A stretch of DNA of 57,389 bases, counting the filler, from Sphacelaria rigidula (lineage: Eukaryota), in assembly GCA_964200075.2 (NCBI GenBank). It is 6 parts of 6 records of this genome, joined end to end, with 100 filler letters (N's around TTAATTAATTAA, not from the genome) between each part and the next. Parts side by side here need not be neighbours in the genome. Positions count along the whole stretch, not along the records: positions 9,583 to 19,064 come from CAXNAA020008388.1; positions 19,165 to 28,646 come from CAXNAA020008389.1; 4 more parts are not named here. One strand, written 5' to 3'. The notes beneath the pieces are model-generated. The model made no database searches, was not told where the DNA came from, and saw only the letters and a program-made list of their open reading frames with translations. Positions 10,650 through 23,846 of this stretch are shown in pieces. Made by a program: the position numbers and the translations under genes. Position 1 is the stretch's first letter, and the number at the start of each line of letters is the position of its first letter.

Positions 10650-13600
10650 CTACAACTGCTGGAGATCGGTGTCTTTTATCTTGGCGTTGAAGTCCGTGAC
10701 TCGACCCCGCAGCAACGCCTCTTCTTGCTCGATCTCTTGCAGTCGCTGAGGGATGTACCTCTTCGCCTGATCCACCTAGTGCACGTTGCAACACGAAATC
10801 ATATTGATAAATAGGGAAACGAGCAGAATATCCAACAAGCACACGGGCAGAACAACGGTCAGACACACAGACACGAATATAAAAAGACGAAGGACCCCCA
10901 ACATGAGAAACGAACGACAAGGCCGAGGAGGCAAGAAGCAAAACGGAACGGGTTAGCACGACGTGTGGCTATTGTCAGTCCGCGTGAGTTCCATATGTGT
11001 CCTGAGTAGGACTACATCACCGCCCACGAGCACAAGAAGCGCGGCGGGCGTCCTCTTCTTCCGAGTCGTAAAATATCCAACCGAGGGCATACGCGCACGA
11101 GGGTCTGTATTTACGGGGACTGCTGCCAGTCACCTTCTCCTTCTCTGCTTTGACCCTCTCCTTTATCTTGGCACCCTTTTGCTCGAGCTCCTCCCTCATC
11201 TTGGCGATACTGAGCGCTTCCTTTTCCAGCAGAAAGTCTTCCAACCTCTTATTCGCCTGGTGGATATTTGGTGTCGCGGTGTTGCGGTTGTAGTGACCGC
11301 CGCGCGATGGGTTACGAGCGCGGAAATGACAACTTACTTATCTGGGCGTAGCCGACTGGCACTGCGATTGCATATTCGAACACGTGTATTAACATGTACT
11401 CTCCTTGTACGTCTTGACATCCATGGGATGTGCGTTTGATGTGGCGAAGCGCACGGCCAATCGGGAGATGTATTGATTGTGGGTGGGATCGACCGACAGG
11501 TGAAATCTTGTCTTGCAAGCTGGAATGCGATGATCAGGATATTGGTCGAACGTGTGTTCAAGGGGTTGATGTGGCTCGTACTTCGTAGGTTGTTTTCCCC
11601 TTGTTCCGCGAGTGTACATAATTATTGTCCGACCGTGTGCAAATACTCGAGGCGTACCTCGGGCGTGCGGTCGATGGCGGGTTACTGGTGGCATCGATCG
11701 AACGCGGGTATGCCCTATTTCAACATCATTATACCAGAAATCACCATGGTGTGTACTTGGCTTGAAAATGACGTAGTCAAGGTTGAAAGAGTTTGTTGCC
11801 CTTTCTGCCTGTATGAGCTGACCAGAAACTATTCGGCGGTGAATGGTGCTATTCCTCCCAGGGTCTACAAAGACGCACCGATCCTTCATGACGTCCGTCG
11901 AGAGTGGGGACTTTTTGCATTCATGTGAACTACCTCGGCGTTTGTTTGGATGTGTGGGCAGGGGTTTCAGCGACAATAGGTTGCGGCTACTCCGTTCACA
12001 TTATTCCACTGTTTCGTGTGTGCCTTTGGCATTTTGTTCGTATTTTCAGGCGTTTCCCAACGGTTAACTTCACCTGTGTGGACATGGCAGCCGACAAAAA
12101 AGACGGTTCGCGCTTTACATGGTCGCGCTAGATCCAGGTGACGTCAACGAATCCAATACAATGAACCGGCTCTAAATTTCACCGACTCACGAGGCAGAGG
12201 GGGTGCGGGGTGTGCCCTCCTCAGATGCTGTACTGGGCAAGGACTACATATTAGATCGAAGAACCGTTTGCGCAGAACCTTGAAAGCCCCTGACTTTGCA
12301 TACCGACCTGCCACGCTACCCATCTGCTTAGGGGACACGTTTTGCCGTGCACCATGCCTTCTTGGCGAGGTGATTTTGATGGTTGGGCGCATGCGAGTGT
12401 TGGTGCCATGTTCAGTGCGAAGATTGATCAAGCTAATAACCTGGGTGTGGCTTGATCGCATCAGGCGAAACCATGGTACAACAAGCGGCACCGCGGATTA
12501 TCAAAGAGCGTACCTTACCAAAGACTGAAAATGAATTTGGTTCCCCCAAAAACCTGGTGAAGCCCTTTACGAAATGCTAACAGCATAAATTGGGTCTCGC
12601 AATGCTAAAAAATCCTTGCCCGAAAAGTGGCCTTGCGGTGATGGCAAACGTTTCTATTTTCACAATACTCGTGTGTACAGGTCGCATGGACAAATACCCC
12701 AGCCCCATGGTACCGTACAAGTTCTCCTATTCATTCGGTCGTGTTCGTTCTCCATGATGTTGAACTTCGGTATGAATGGGGAGAACCATCGACAACCATC
12801 CACCATACGAGGCAGGACTAGCTTCAGAGAACATATGCACAATCGCGGCGGGTGAGCAACGCTTCCTTAATGATGATCGCACCTTTTCCCTCATTGCAGC
12901 CATCTCCGACAGTTCGTCCTCCGTGAGCTGTGGCGACGCACGTGCCTTCGGCACCATCCCTAATTCCGTTCGTCGTCGCACAGTTTTGTACCCGTCCCAT
13001 CCCAAACTGCTGCCGCTGAAATTTGGGGGATGCCGCAACACCGGTCTGAGCCGCGGTTGAGTGTTGTGTGACTGCAGCGGGCCGATGCGATATCCTAACC
13101 TTGTGCTGCTGTTGCACCGAGTGATGCCGCTCGAGCATATCGTTAGGGGCGACACAAAGGCCTGTTGACGGGGCGGAAGGAGTCGATGTATGTGCGAGTA
13201 TGAGAGAGTTGGCATCACGGCGGGGTGGTGAAATCGCCCATAGTACAACAGTATCGGTAGCGAGCAGTACAAAAAAATGTAGAATTCCCGCGCCGTGTAT
13301 CGGGTAAACCCTTCGACAGCGACCCCGCCGCAGATGGACTGAGTTGGACTATTATACGTCACTTTTTGGGTTCAGAATCATTCCTGTCAGAACAAAAAAC
13401 TCATTTTTCATGAACATGTGGATATTTGTCATCTATATAGGAAACAGTACCGGAGAACCCGTGACCAGTTTTGACCCTGCAGTCAATTGCGTGCAGAGTC
13501 GGCATGTATGGGTGCTGTATGTCTTCACTGGATACAACGGCAAGGGACAGTATTTCAAGTGTGTCATCGCTTTCCACTGAATACAATTTACTTCACGCTG

Positions 13601-13666
13601 CTGGTGCCTCTGCCTAGTCCTCAACAACAACACTACAGTCAGTGTGAAGCTACGCTGGCAGCACAT
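10650..13666 (-). CDS. Spliced gene for a ~200-aa coiled-coil protein, probably plastid-targeted; exons 13666-13592 (tentative), 13161-12883, 11256-11134, 10775-10650
   Basis: All junctions are GT-AG, phase 0: AFVSPLTICSSG...LTEDELSEMAAMREK | ANKRLEDFLLEKEALSIAKMREELEQKGAKIKERVKAEKEK | VDQAKRYIPQRLQEIEQEEALLRGRVTDFNAKIKDTDLQQL*. The first exon is uncertain. Confidence 0.65.
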
Positions 13667-15699
13667 GAGGAGTCGGGCAGGCGGCGTAGACCACGAGGGG
13701 ACTACAAAACAAGTTGTTTGCATCCATGTAATTAATGGTTGATTTCCCATGACCAAAATGAGTCGTGGAGGTAGACAGCGAATTAGACCAATGTAGTTCA
13801 CCCGAACCGGAAGAACGTGCTCGTTTTAATTACCGTGATTGGTCAGAATGGGCATCCCGCGCCTCTCAGGCCTCGTGCACGGCTAATAATTTCCCGCGGG
13901 ACACTTCCAAACACACATGGTTGGTTGACTCGGTGAGCTTTTTGGCTCCTCTGCGGACAGACACCCCCCCTCAAAAACCACACCCCCCAGCCACTGAAAG
14001 CCCCCGAATGTCTCCGGACTGTCAGCCTTTGAACTGCTCCGAGGCGACGCTCATTGTCAAAGGGTTAATGTGGCATCGCAGGAATGTATCCAAAGGTTGG
14101 GGACTACAATAATAACGCAAAAAAAACATATACGTGTTGTCAAGACTGCCGCCCTTCATGCACAGCCACATTTTTGTCTCGATTAGCAGCAGTGGCTGAT
14201 AGAGAAGGGCTACAGCTACAAGATCGCTTTACAGTATTACACAAGTTGTGGTCCAAGAGGGGCTATAGTACGTGTGATATAGTTTCATATTGCCGTGAGT
14301 ACATTTTTTTTCAGGGATATAGGTGCAGTTAGCAGCTATAGTATACCCGCCAGTATCATAACACCCACAGGTACTGTTCCTTCCGTGGCATACCAGCACA
14401 TGGTGCACTCTTCGGACGCATCGTAAAATGGAGAATATAAATCGCATGTATACGCTACTGCCCGCACCGACAAGTCACGCAGGCAGACGGCAATGTATAG
14501 TATTGAGGCAACATCCGCTTTTCCTCTACAAGCTGCCGCCACTCGTGAACCCCCCACTGATACATGATGAAAGAGCGCCCACTGCGCCCCCAACTAAAGT
14601 CGGTGTACTGGGAATGACGGCGGTAGGCTCATGGAATGAACCGGATGACGGAAAATAGCGAGAAAATACCCACACGAAGCCGGATGCCTCAGAGTGCACT
14701 GTCTTATTCAGTACTTCACGGCACGAGACAACTGATTTTGGGCACGTTACGGTGGACGACAGTGCTGTCCGTTTCGAGGACGGTGGTGCGGCGGGTCGTT
14801 TGTAGATTCTGTAATTTGCGAAACGCAGGTCAGAAATTTTCAACGATGATTTTGTCAAAGACCAGCATGCCGATTACAATAAAATTTGAGGTACTTGCAA
14901 GATAATTTTGAGGATGTGTTTACCCAAGGTATTTTTTGGTAGATCAGGTTTCTCCTCATCGTGAAGAGCACAACCTTCAATGTTATCACTTAGGGGTGTT
15001 ATACTCCGTATACTTCACTGCGGTGCAGTTCGGCTGGTATGGGTGTCATGCAGTGAAGCTCACCGCACTGCACGTTATCCACGCGAAAAAGGTGACGGAA
15101 ATACCAGAAATGATCATCATCAGCCCAGTTCTCCCTAAGGATCGCCCGTCCACAGCTACGCCTTCACAGGGCAGCCCGAGCTAGATAGATGCAGATGCAA
15201 CATGAGGGCCATGTCAGCACGGATTTCAATTAGTTTTTGATTATCACATAGCTTTTTCTGTTCAGACCCGCATTAAAGCAGCACTTCGCCGAAGCAATTT
15301 AGCATCCAAGTACTCGTACCCGGAACGACAGGATCGACGTATCTCTATCGACAAAAACTTGAGTGGATTTTTTTGTAGCAGGGAAGGCCACCGAAATATA
15401 GAGATTGGGCTACGTTTCACCGCGGACGTACCCCATCCTTCGCCTGACGAACTTTGTCGGGGGAAAAAAGTGTAACCGAAAAAAAAAGGATTCTGGAAAG
15501 TATGAAGCAGTGCGTACAACAGAGAGACGGTCGCATCGATCAATCAAACTTAACGTACCCGTCCGTGGGACAACAGCTGCCGACCACACGCTTATGACCT
15601 ATGCTGTATATGTAATCTCACCGCTTATGAAAGCGTGCGGCCCGGTTTACATGTTCGCACCTCTTTCATTGTGTATCCTGAGCAGCCCCTCAGGAGACA

Positions 15700-16300
15700 T
15701 CACGTCAACATGGCCAGGCCAACTTCGTCGTTTCGTTCCAGCGTCGTGAGTATCATGGTAGAACATGAGATTAGCACACGGATCCTGTATGCAACGTTTT
15801 TTGTGCTACAAGGGTCTTGAAGGTTCAAGCTGGTGAAAGTTTGTCGTGCTTTGGTTCCACTCATCGCGGGAGTTGCGTGAGGTTCTTTCATGTGTTCCAC
15901 CACCACCAGGTATACGCAGGTAGGTGCGTTAAACAATACGACCGCGACTCCGGCGTTCTGGGAGTACGGCGGTCATCTATTGAGTTGGAACCATCGACAT
16001 GTGTGGACTGTTTCCAGATGCACTCATCTGAACAATGGTGGTGGTTCATACTGAGGGCAAAGTGTGTGACGATCAATGGATCACCACAAATTCCCCATCA
16101 ACATCGCCAGTGCAGATTATGGCTTTCTCGAGAGAAGTACTCTCGTTTGCAAACCGTCGACACGCCGCTCATGTTTCAAAATACTTCTTATTTTCATGAT
16201 CACAATCGAGTCGCGCATTTCCGCTGCCTCCTGCACGACCCTTTGCCTTTTGCAAACATTCGGCGGCGCGTCGGCACTATCGTTGTGATCAATCACTGTC
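15700..16300 (-). pseudogene. Possible decayed DNA-transposase (hAT-like) remnant
   Basis: Broken frames read KIRSILKHERR, TCRWFQ and EHMKEPHATPAMSGTK, loosely like the hAT TRWNS and EPF..AT..LSG blocks. Weak resemblance only. Confidence 0.25.
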
Positions 16301-16586
16301 AACTAGTATTAGCCACCACAAAGCAAAATTGCCAACGCGGCGGTGTGCTACTTGGCCTTGCAGGATCGTTTTCATGACGCCGCGTCGTTCAGGAAGGAGC
16401 GATGCCCAAGGGAGGAGAACGAGTATCGCGATCTCGGTCCAGGAAAATATGCTTGCTCTTACGCGTCCTTCATGGAACTACAACAAACTCGACCGGCCAC
16501 CAGGGGCAGGTACGTGCATCGAAGAGCCTGAACATGTACTCGCGACGCACACGAATACAATAGTGGATAGCGGCGTACATACATCC

Positions 16587-17019
16587 GATACGTGATTTTA
16601 CAAATTGTTGGGGATGGATTTTTAATTGGGGATGAGAACCCGGAGAATTAAAATCTTCGTATCCACACCACGTCTTCAAAATACGGTTCCATTTTTTCGC
16701 TCGTCAGCAGCTATTAACAACTACTGCACGTCATACAAATGTGGATTTCGATAACCGAAATGTTGGGGTCCTAGGTGAAAGACAAATTTGGGGAATATCG
16801 GTGATCCGATCGGACCCCAAAATAAGTTTTTCACCTTGAACCCCAACATTTCGGTTATCGAAATTCAAGTTTGTATGACGTGTAGTAGCTGTTAATAGCT
16901 ACCGGCATGTGAAGAACTAGAACCATATTTCCAATATTTGATGTGGATACGAATATTTTAATTCTCCGGGTTCTCTTCCCCAATAAAAAATCCACCCGCA
17001 AGTTGTAAAATCACGTGTT
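16587..17019. mobile_element. Foldback/hairpin MITE, copy 3
   Basis: ACGTGATTTTACAA ... TTGTAAAATCACGT termini; body homologous to 3035-3465. Confidence 0.9.
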
Positions 17020-17214
17020 ATTTCCCCATTATCACGGCGTACAGTGAATCGATTTGTACCCTTATCCATACAGTTGACCACGCCGCCGAAGATTATGTTG
17101 GAGGTTGGATATCGGCGAGATGTGTTAGAACAAGTGTCATAAGATTCAGAAGACGTGCTTGATTCCTACCCACGGGAAAATAGATTTATGGGAGTTTTGT
17201 GCATCTTTCAGACG

Positions 17215-17723
17215 ACTAATAATGCTACGACAGCCCCCCCCCCCCCCCAAAGGCTGATTTGCAGAGGCAAAATCTACATTTAAATCGAAATGAGAAAAGC
17301 CTACCACAACGAGCAGCCGGGAGTTCCTACGCGACACTTTTTACGATACCACCCCCCCAAAACCAGCTCAAAAATGTCACAAAAAAAATGGTCATACAGC
17401 GCCTGATGTTTGGGTCCAGGCTGCATGAAGCGCCTCATATGAGCGACATTGACGAGAACGAACCCAAGCGTGGGAATTTCCAGCTGCTCGTTGTGCTCGG
17501 TTTTTTCCATTTCAATTAACGTGTACGATTTTGCCTCCCTAAACCAGGCACTTTTGAGGGGGGGTCCATCGTAGAAAGTGTCACACTTAAGATCGTTTCC
17601 GCCAACTTCGCCTATATAAGGGGCTTCATACACCCTGAAACCAAACACAATGCGCGGTATGATCATTTCCTTCATGACAGTCTTGGGCTGGCATTTGGGG
17701 GGGGGGGGTATCGTAGCATTAGT
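17215..17723. mobile_element. MITE (ACTAAT..GCTACGA-polyC ... polyG-TATCGTAGCATTAGT) hosting a nested relative
   Basis: TIRs at both ends; removing 17333-17582 restores a body homologous to the reverse complement of the insert. Confidence 0.8.
17333..17582 (-). mobile_element. Nested MITE in inverted orientation
   Basis: TIRs GACACTTTTTACGAT / ATCGTAGAAAGTGTC; flanks ACGC/ACAC (possible 4-bp TSD); another copy at 33823-34023. Confidence 0.8.
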
Positions 17724-18216
17724 GAGACACACATCCCACAGTCCTGTTTAAGGCCCATTATTAGCCACACNNNNNNNNNNAAACCAACCACGCTGCGTGG
17801 TATGATGATTTCCTTCAGGGGGGGCTTGGGCTGGCAGTTGGGGGGGGGGGTATCGTAGCATTAGTGAGACACACATCCCACAGTCCTGTTTAAGGCCCAT
17901 TATTAGCCACACTGTTTTTCTCGGAGATGCCAAAAATTTCAAGATATTTCGGACCCTTCGATTATAGTTCTCCGAACACGAAGTGGCTTGGTATTTTCTC
18001 CGAAGCTTCACTTTTGGAGGATCCTGGACAATTCGGACTGCAGCGCAGTACTTCGGAGAGTCATCACGTATCTTGCCAGTCCCGAATAAATCGGAGATCT
18101 CCCAAAAAAAGCGTCGATTATAGTAGGCCGAAGTAAAACTGTACCGCAATATCGTCCATGATATGGTCTCCTCCAGAGACACACCCTATGCAAACCTTCA
18201 TTGATGAAGATTTCAA

Positions 18217-18805
18217 GGTTGTGTTCTGTAGGGTACGGGTATGTTCTGCAGGGTATGATTCCTGCAGAACCTAAAGAAATATCTGGTACCGGGATGAAAG
18301 CCTCGCAGAAATGACAAAACTTTCGTGTACCGGTTTGAATGTCTCACAGGAGTCACAAAACTTGTCGGGTAGGGTATGATGGGCTTACAGAAAACCGTCC
18401 CTTTAGTCGGGTATTACTTCAAGGGCATACCCGCGCTCCGGGTACGAGTATATATTCTGTACATAACCACAGAACTGTACTGCCAGGGAAGGGTATGGGA
18501 GACTTACAGAACTCACATAAATTGTCGGGTAGGGTATGGGGGTTGCACAGAAAACGGTACCCGATGGTATCTCATCCAGAGCACACCCGTGCCCCCGGTA
18601 ACGGCACGGAGGACCTACAAGACTCACAGAACTATCGGGAAATATGAAAGTCTTACAGAGTTAACAGAGCTGTCGGGTACCGGTCTGAAAGTCTTGCAGA
18701 AGCCACAGAACTGTCGGGTACGGTAAATACCCGGGCAAATACCCCGGGAAATACCCGGGTAAATGCCCCGGGTATACAGAGAACCGTACCCTACAGAACA
18801 CAACC
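18217..18805. mobile_element. Non-autonomous TIR element filled with degenerate tandem repeats
   Basis: Perfect 22-bp TIR GGTTGTGTTCTGTAGGGTACGG (18217-18238 / 18784-18805); internal ~45-bp units ACAGAACTGTCGGGTA(C/G)GGTATG and 12-bp units AAATACCCGGG. Confidence 0.8.
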
Positions 18806-19064
18806 GAAAATGTTTGTTGTTTTCAGCCACTAGAAGTCTAGAAGTTTTTGACGCCGGGGCATACCTCAATGATACCGATGTCTCGTGGTATGAATACTTG
18901 TCTGCAGCTATGTCATGTACCTCTACAGAGCAATATCAAAGGTATTATCCCCTGTCTTGAAGAAGCTTGTTTCGTGGGGCACCCCCCCCCCCCCCCCCCC
19001 CCCCCCGCCCCCCCCCCCGCACGGCGAGCGCGGGCATGAGTCCAACGGCGAAAGAACAAAAAAA

Positions 19065-19164
19065 NNNNNNNNNNNNNNNNNNNNNNNNNNNNNNNNNNNN
19101 NNNNNNNNTTAATTAATTAANNNNNNNNNNNNNNNNNNNNNNNNNNNNNNNNNNNNNNNNNNNN
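19065..19164. other. Artificial contig spacer
   Basis: 44 N + TTAATTAATTAA + 44 N. Confidence 0.98.
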
Positions 19165-20892
19165 GTGCCTTCCCCGTGTGGAATCCATTACATCTCGCGC
19201 GTGCGTCGCCTGCGGTAAAAAAATACAGGAGATCGTGGCAGATGCGGGACCGTACTGTGTACGTTACTCGTTGATCCGACGAGTATGCAGCCGCTAATTT
19301 CGAAAAAATCACGTACCTCGACCGAGCACGCACATGGTACCCAGTGCGCCATCTCTGCTACACTGCACACATCACTTATCGATGAAGTGGTGACTGGCCG
19401 GTGTATCAAAGACCCTCCCGCAGTCAGCAGTCTCACAGACCTCTTGCATTTCGTTCTCATTGTGCTACCACCGGCGAGCCAACACGAATCGATACCGTGC
19501 AGGTGGGTGCCCGTGGTTTTGTCGAACGGACCACTCCGCACGCGACGGGAACAGCATGATCCGCTCTTCCCTCCGTGTTGTGCAACACGGCACGATCTTC
19601 ATCCGTCAATCAAACGAGTAACACTCCAACAACAATTCTCTACAAGTCTCGTCTCTGTGAGCTACCTTCATTTGTCCCAAATATGACACTCACCGGTTTG
19701 GAAAGATCCTGAGCGGAGGGATACTGGGTGGCCGGGAGCAACTGGTTTATATGGGGGCGACATGCCTACATGTGGGCGAAATCTGACTCGCTGGAAAATG
19801 ACAAGCGGAACAGTCGGAAAAAGGTCAATCGAGAGTAATCTCTGGCACGACCCGACGCGCCGAGGAGTTTGGCTGTGTGTACTATCGTGTTTTGAAACCT
19901 TGCGAGGACGGTGTGGTCTCCGCTGGGATTGTGTTCCGTCTTCGCGATATAGTTGTACTCGGCACGCAGTGCTCTCTTGTCAAAGTTGGAAACGACATCA
20001 TGTGTGTTGTTGGATGTTCTGTCTTTCGCAACGAACAAGGCGATTCGTGCCCAGTCCCACAATTCCTCTATTCTACTCGTAGTTGATCCTGCACTGTGGT
20101 GCGTTCGAAGCCTGCGAAGTCATTCTGATCTGCGCTGGGGCTGCCTGAACTACGGTACTGTTTTTGTGAAGCGGTCGCTACGAAAACTGTTCCAATTCCA
20201 CTTTCACAAAGTGAATTTGGTGTCTGCTGCGGGCACATATTCGACTAACCGGTTTTTTGCGAGTCCGTTTTCGCGACAGGATTTTTGTGACTTGATTTCT
20301 GCGACTCGAGTTTTGCTAGATTTTTCCGATCTACAACCCCTATTGATTTTGGTGTTTGGGGGATTAGTTTGGCCAAAAGAAACTAAACGCATCCTGCTGG
20401 AAGGGGCACCTGGTCACACAACAGTTCCTCCAAATCGAAGTCTTGAGTGAGAACACCCATCGTTTGGTGTCTACGTACAAGGGTGACCTACATCTAGTAT
20501 CATGCTCCGAAACGTACCCGATAAGGGAGCAACATCCCCGTACAAAAAGTAGCAATGCTAGCGGATCCTATGTTCTGACATTCTGGCAGCCGGCAAGGTG
20601 GTTGTGGCAGTGTTCTCCTAGCGATATCAACTCACAGTGCACTGGGGCAGAGTTTGCAGGTGAATATTTCGGCGATGGCCTCACCTGCAGTTCGCCCAGA
20701 TGTTGCAGAATTTTTTCACCATATCACTGAGTAACATTACATACATTTTCATGTGAAAAGGTACCAGACGCTCCGATACATAATAAGTGGAGATGTACTA
20801 GACCCTGCATTACATATCGAAATGTACCCAAACGTGGACAAGAGATTTCCAATCAGTACGAACACGATGTTGAAAGTGTAATGCGCAAACTC

Positions 20893-20972
20893 AGTGTATT
20901 GTGTGTGCTGTCGTCCCATCTATTCTAGACGCCGGTCTCCATCTTACGGTATATGTCGGCGCACCAGCCGCG
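20893..20972. repeat. Dispersed repeat, possibly a retroposon 3' end on the minus strand
   Basis: TGTGTGTGCTGTCGTCCCATCTATTCT...CGGTATATG..GGCGCACCAGCCG matches 28559-28646. Confidence 0.65.
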
Positions 20973-22529
20973 GCTGTGGTACAATACAGCCTTGCTCAAG
21001 ATATAGGCATCCATCACAGCGGCGGAGGCGGCATCTCAGTGCTGCGTGCGCCACCTGGGGCAAAGGCACGCTGTAGCTGCAACACGGGTAGCTTTACTCA
21101 ATGTGACGTAGCGATAGAACGCGTAGGGGGTGATATCCTGCGTACACGTTGGCCGCAGATACAAGCGGCTGCATTCATGATGTGGCGAACTGCATTGGAC
21201 AACGCGAAATCAATGCAGGACAGGGATAGGCTAAGGACATCACGTCCTGCGGTGTGCTTTGTCACTCTGCGCCCTGCCCTTGTGCAGTGCGCAGGTATTG
21301 TTACGGATCGCAGCGTGGCATGATGGAGATAGTACGATGATGGGCCGTCGGTTTCAAAACGACACTATGCCCGGAGGGCTGGTCGCGGGAACTATAGCTA
21401 GTACCGTGGTCAGGGGTGAAGGCGGTGTAATCCGTCAAAAGATGGCATACATAAACATGCCTCTTTACAACTGGTTGGATCCGGTTCTTCACAAGAATCG
21501 ATCCAGCCGGCACCCTAGGATTCACTCTCTTTTGAGTGCTGAGGTAAATCCCACCAAGTGGAAAAAGAATCGAATCGACCTGAAGTGGTGATCAAGATAT
21601 CGCGACGTTCGTTGTGCACTGTTCTGCGTTGGAATTTCCCACGTGCTGTGAGCTTGCTCTGTTTCAGGCACAACGGTGAGACTGTAACGACATTGATTGA
21701 CAATTCAGGCAACGAGCAGATAGATGCTAGAATGTAGACATGATAGTAAAATCGAACTTAGTGCACAAATGAAATGGTGAAACGTGTAACCCTATAGTAA
21801 AAGTAAGTCATGTCATGCATGAGCTAGCGAAACATCGTAACTTGCACGATCGAAATGCTATTGTTGTTCGCTCTAGTACTCGACTTGTACAGTGGAGACA
21901 TGCATGTGAACGACCACTATGACTAACACCATTTCGTCTGTAACAGTAGTACCGCCGAACATGCGTCACACTGCGCTTGGTACGCAGTGTCGACCCAACA
22001 GCAATCAGTATATTTTGAGGACAGTAGTACCGTACTTGTACACAGATCTGTGCTCTGGAGACCAATGCGCTCACACACAGCAACTACTATCGCCATCATC
22101 CATCGATCAGGGAGATACCCCCCCCCCTCTCCTCGAATAGGGTACCTAGGGCCCCTCATCGCCCCCCTACGGCCCCAGAATGAGGTTTGGGCGACCTGGG
22201 GGGTGGTGGTGCCGTCATTTCCCGATATGGGGCCCCTCGGCCCAGCGTGCAGCTGCTTGACGCTTGACAATGTTTCCTGTCTGCCCAAGAAACATCAGTT
22301 TGCAACTTGAGGTACATGGCATACCGGGAAGTAAGTCGTGTACGTGTACTTCAAAACAGGAATGGTAGTGACTTGGACTGGTGCGGGACGACCTAGCGGG
22401 AATTCGCCGGGAAATGACTTGCGTCTCGGCACCGGCTTGCTGCGGGCCCTTGCGAATGTAGGGCGGCGGCGATAAAACGAACACGATTTATACTTCAATA
22501 CAACTTAACGCTTCCGTGCAACGACACGT

Positions 22530-23014
22530 TGTTCGTGGGATTGCCAGGGTGATCAGTAAGATACACCTTGTCAGGATAAGGTACAGTAGTCTAGTGACAT
22601 ACCTGTTTGAGTTCCGGGTACTACGCGGGATGACTTTATACTGCGATGGTAGCGACTGGACATACGTGAGTACGTGTGTCTGCCATCTTGAGATTGTAGC
22701 CCCCTACGATCTCACTCTCCCTCTCTTCTTTCCTTTCATCCAACAAAGCTTTATGTACATTTTACCACATCCTGATCAGCAGTCAGCCGTGTCCACTGAT
22801 CGACTATATCCACTGATCGACTATCACAGTCGTATCCACTGGTCCACTATCGCAGTCGAGTCTGCACCCCATCCTCTCACGGGGGTCACGGAGCTACAAA
22901 CACACATCACCATACCCTGGGTGGGTGCGGCAGACCTTCATTTCAGAATAGAGGGCCTCAGCCGAGACCATTCCGGTTTCACCGCCGAAATCCGAGACCG
23001 CAACGTCACAAACA
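22530..23014. mobile_element. Solo-LTR-like segment
   Basis: TG...CA ends with a short inverted repeat (TGTTCGTG / CACAAACA); ~485 bp; no TSD recognised. Confidence 0.45.
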
Positions 23015-23846
23015 CCTAAATAAATTGAAATTGGAAGCGCCCTGGACACAGGGCAATCTATAGTCAACACACAATCATCTCTACACAGTCAAAAGCGTCA
23101 TATAGTCGACACGCAGTGCTCTTTGTACAAAGTCGAACAAGTCATGGGGTGTTGGCTGTTGGGTTTTCTGCAAATCGAAGAAGGCGCATCATTCCCACAC
23201 TCACCATTTATATTTTGCTGCTGTGACTGTACTGTAGTGTGTTTGAACCCTGCGGGACGGTTTGACCTGTGGTGGGAATTGCCTAAGCTGTTGTACAGCT
23301 GCTGTGCTGCGGTCTGTACTGATTTGGGTGGGAAGACAGCGCCTATACAACATCGGAAAAGTCGCATGATGGTTGTGCAGTCGTTGTATCTGCTCTGGGT
23401 TCTGTTGTTCAGGTGCAAAACTCCTCGTTTCCGATGTTGTGCCGAAAGACGTGCTTGAGTAAGCCGAAGGTCTGCCAGGCCTGTAGTGGGTATCTGGGAG
23501 TCCAAAACGTTCTGAAGGGCTGCAAGAGCCGTAGGTGCCACCCAGGCGATCCGTGAAAGCATTATATTCGATGTAGGATTCACGGCAGGTGGGATTGGAG
23601 TTTGGACTGCGGATTGCAAGGTGGAACAGCCCAACCTGAGACTGCCGCGAGGTGGTCCAGCCAAGCCTTCGGGTAATCGGCACACGAACTCGCTTGCGAG
23701 GCTCGCTTGCGGGGAAAGGGTTAGGTTCGGTTTCCTCCTTCTGTCGAGAAAAACAAATCCCGACAGGTTCGTATTTCAAGTATAATAGTATCTACGGCAA
23801 ATTCCTACTAGCAAACGCAAATCGAGGTTCACGTGCAGCTGGAATC

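Noticed and set aside
11389..11976. 195-aa ORF with faint Ulp1-protease-like wording
   Set aside because: No convincing catalytic motif, and it lies within a predicted intron.
17781..17912. Tandem duplication of 17638-17770
   Set aside because: The copies flank a 10-N gap and share identical unique flank; most likely an unmerged contig overlap.
23050..23080. LCVDYR reverse-transcriptase-like peptide on the minus strand
   Set aside because: Isolated six residues directly after a stop, with no other RT motifs.
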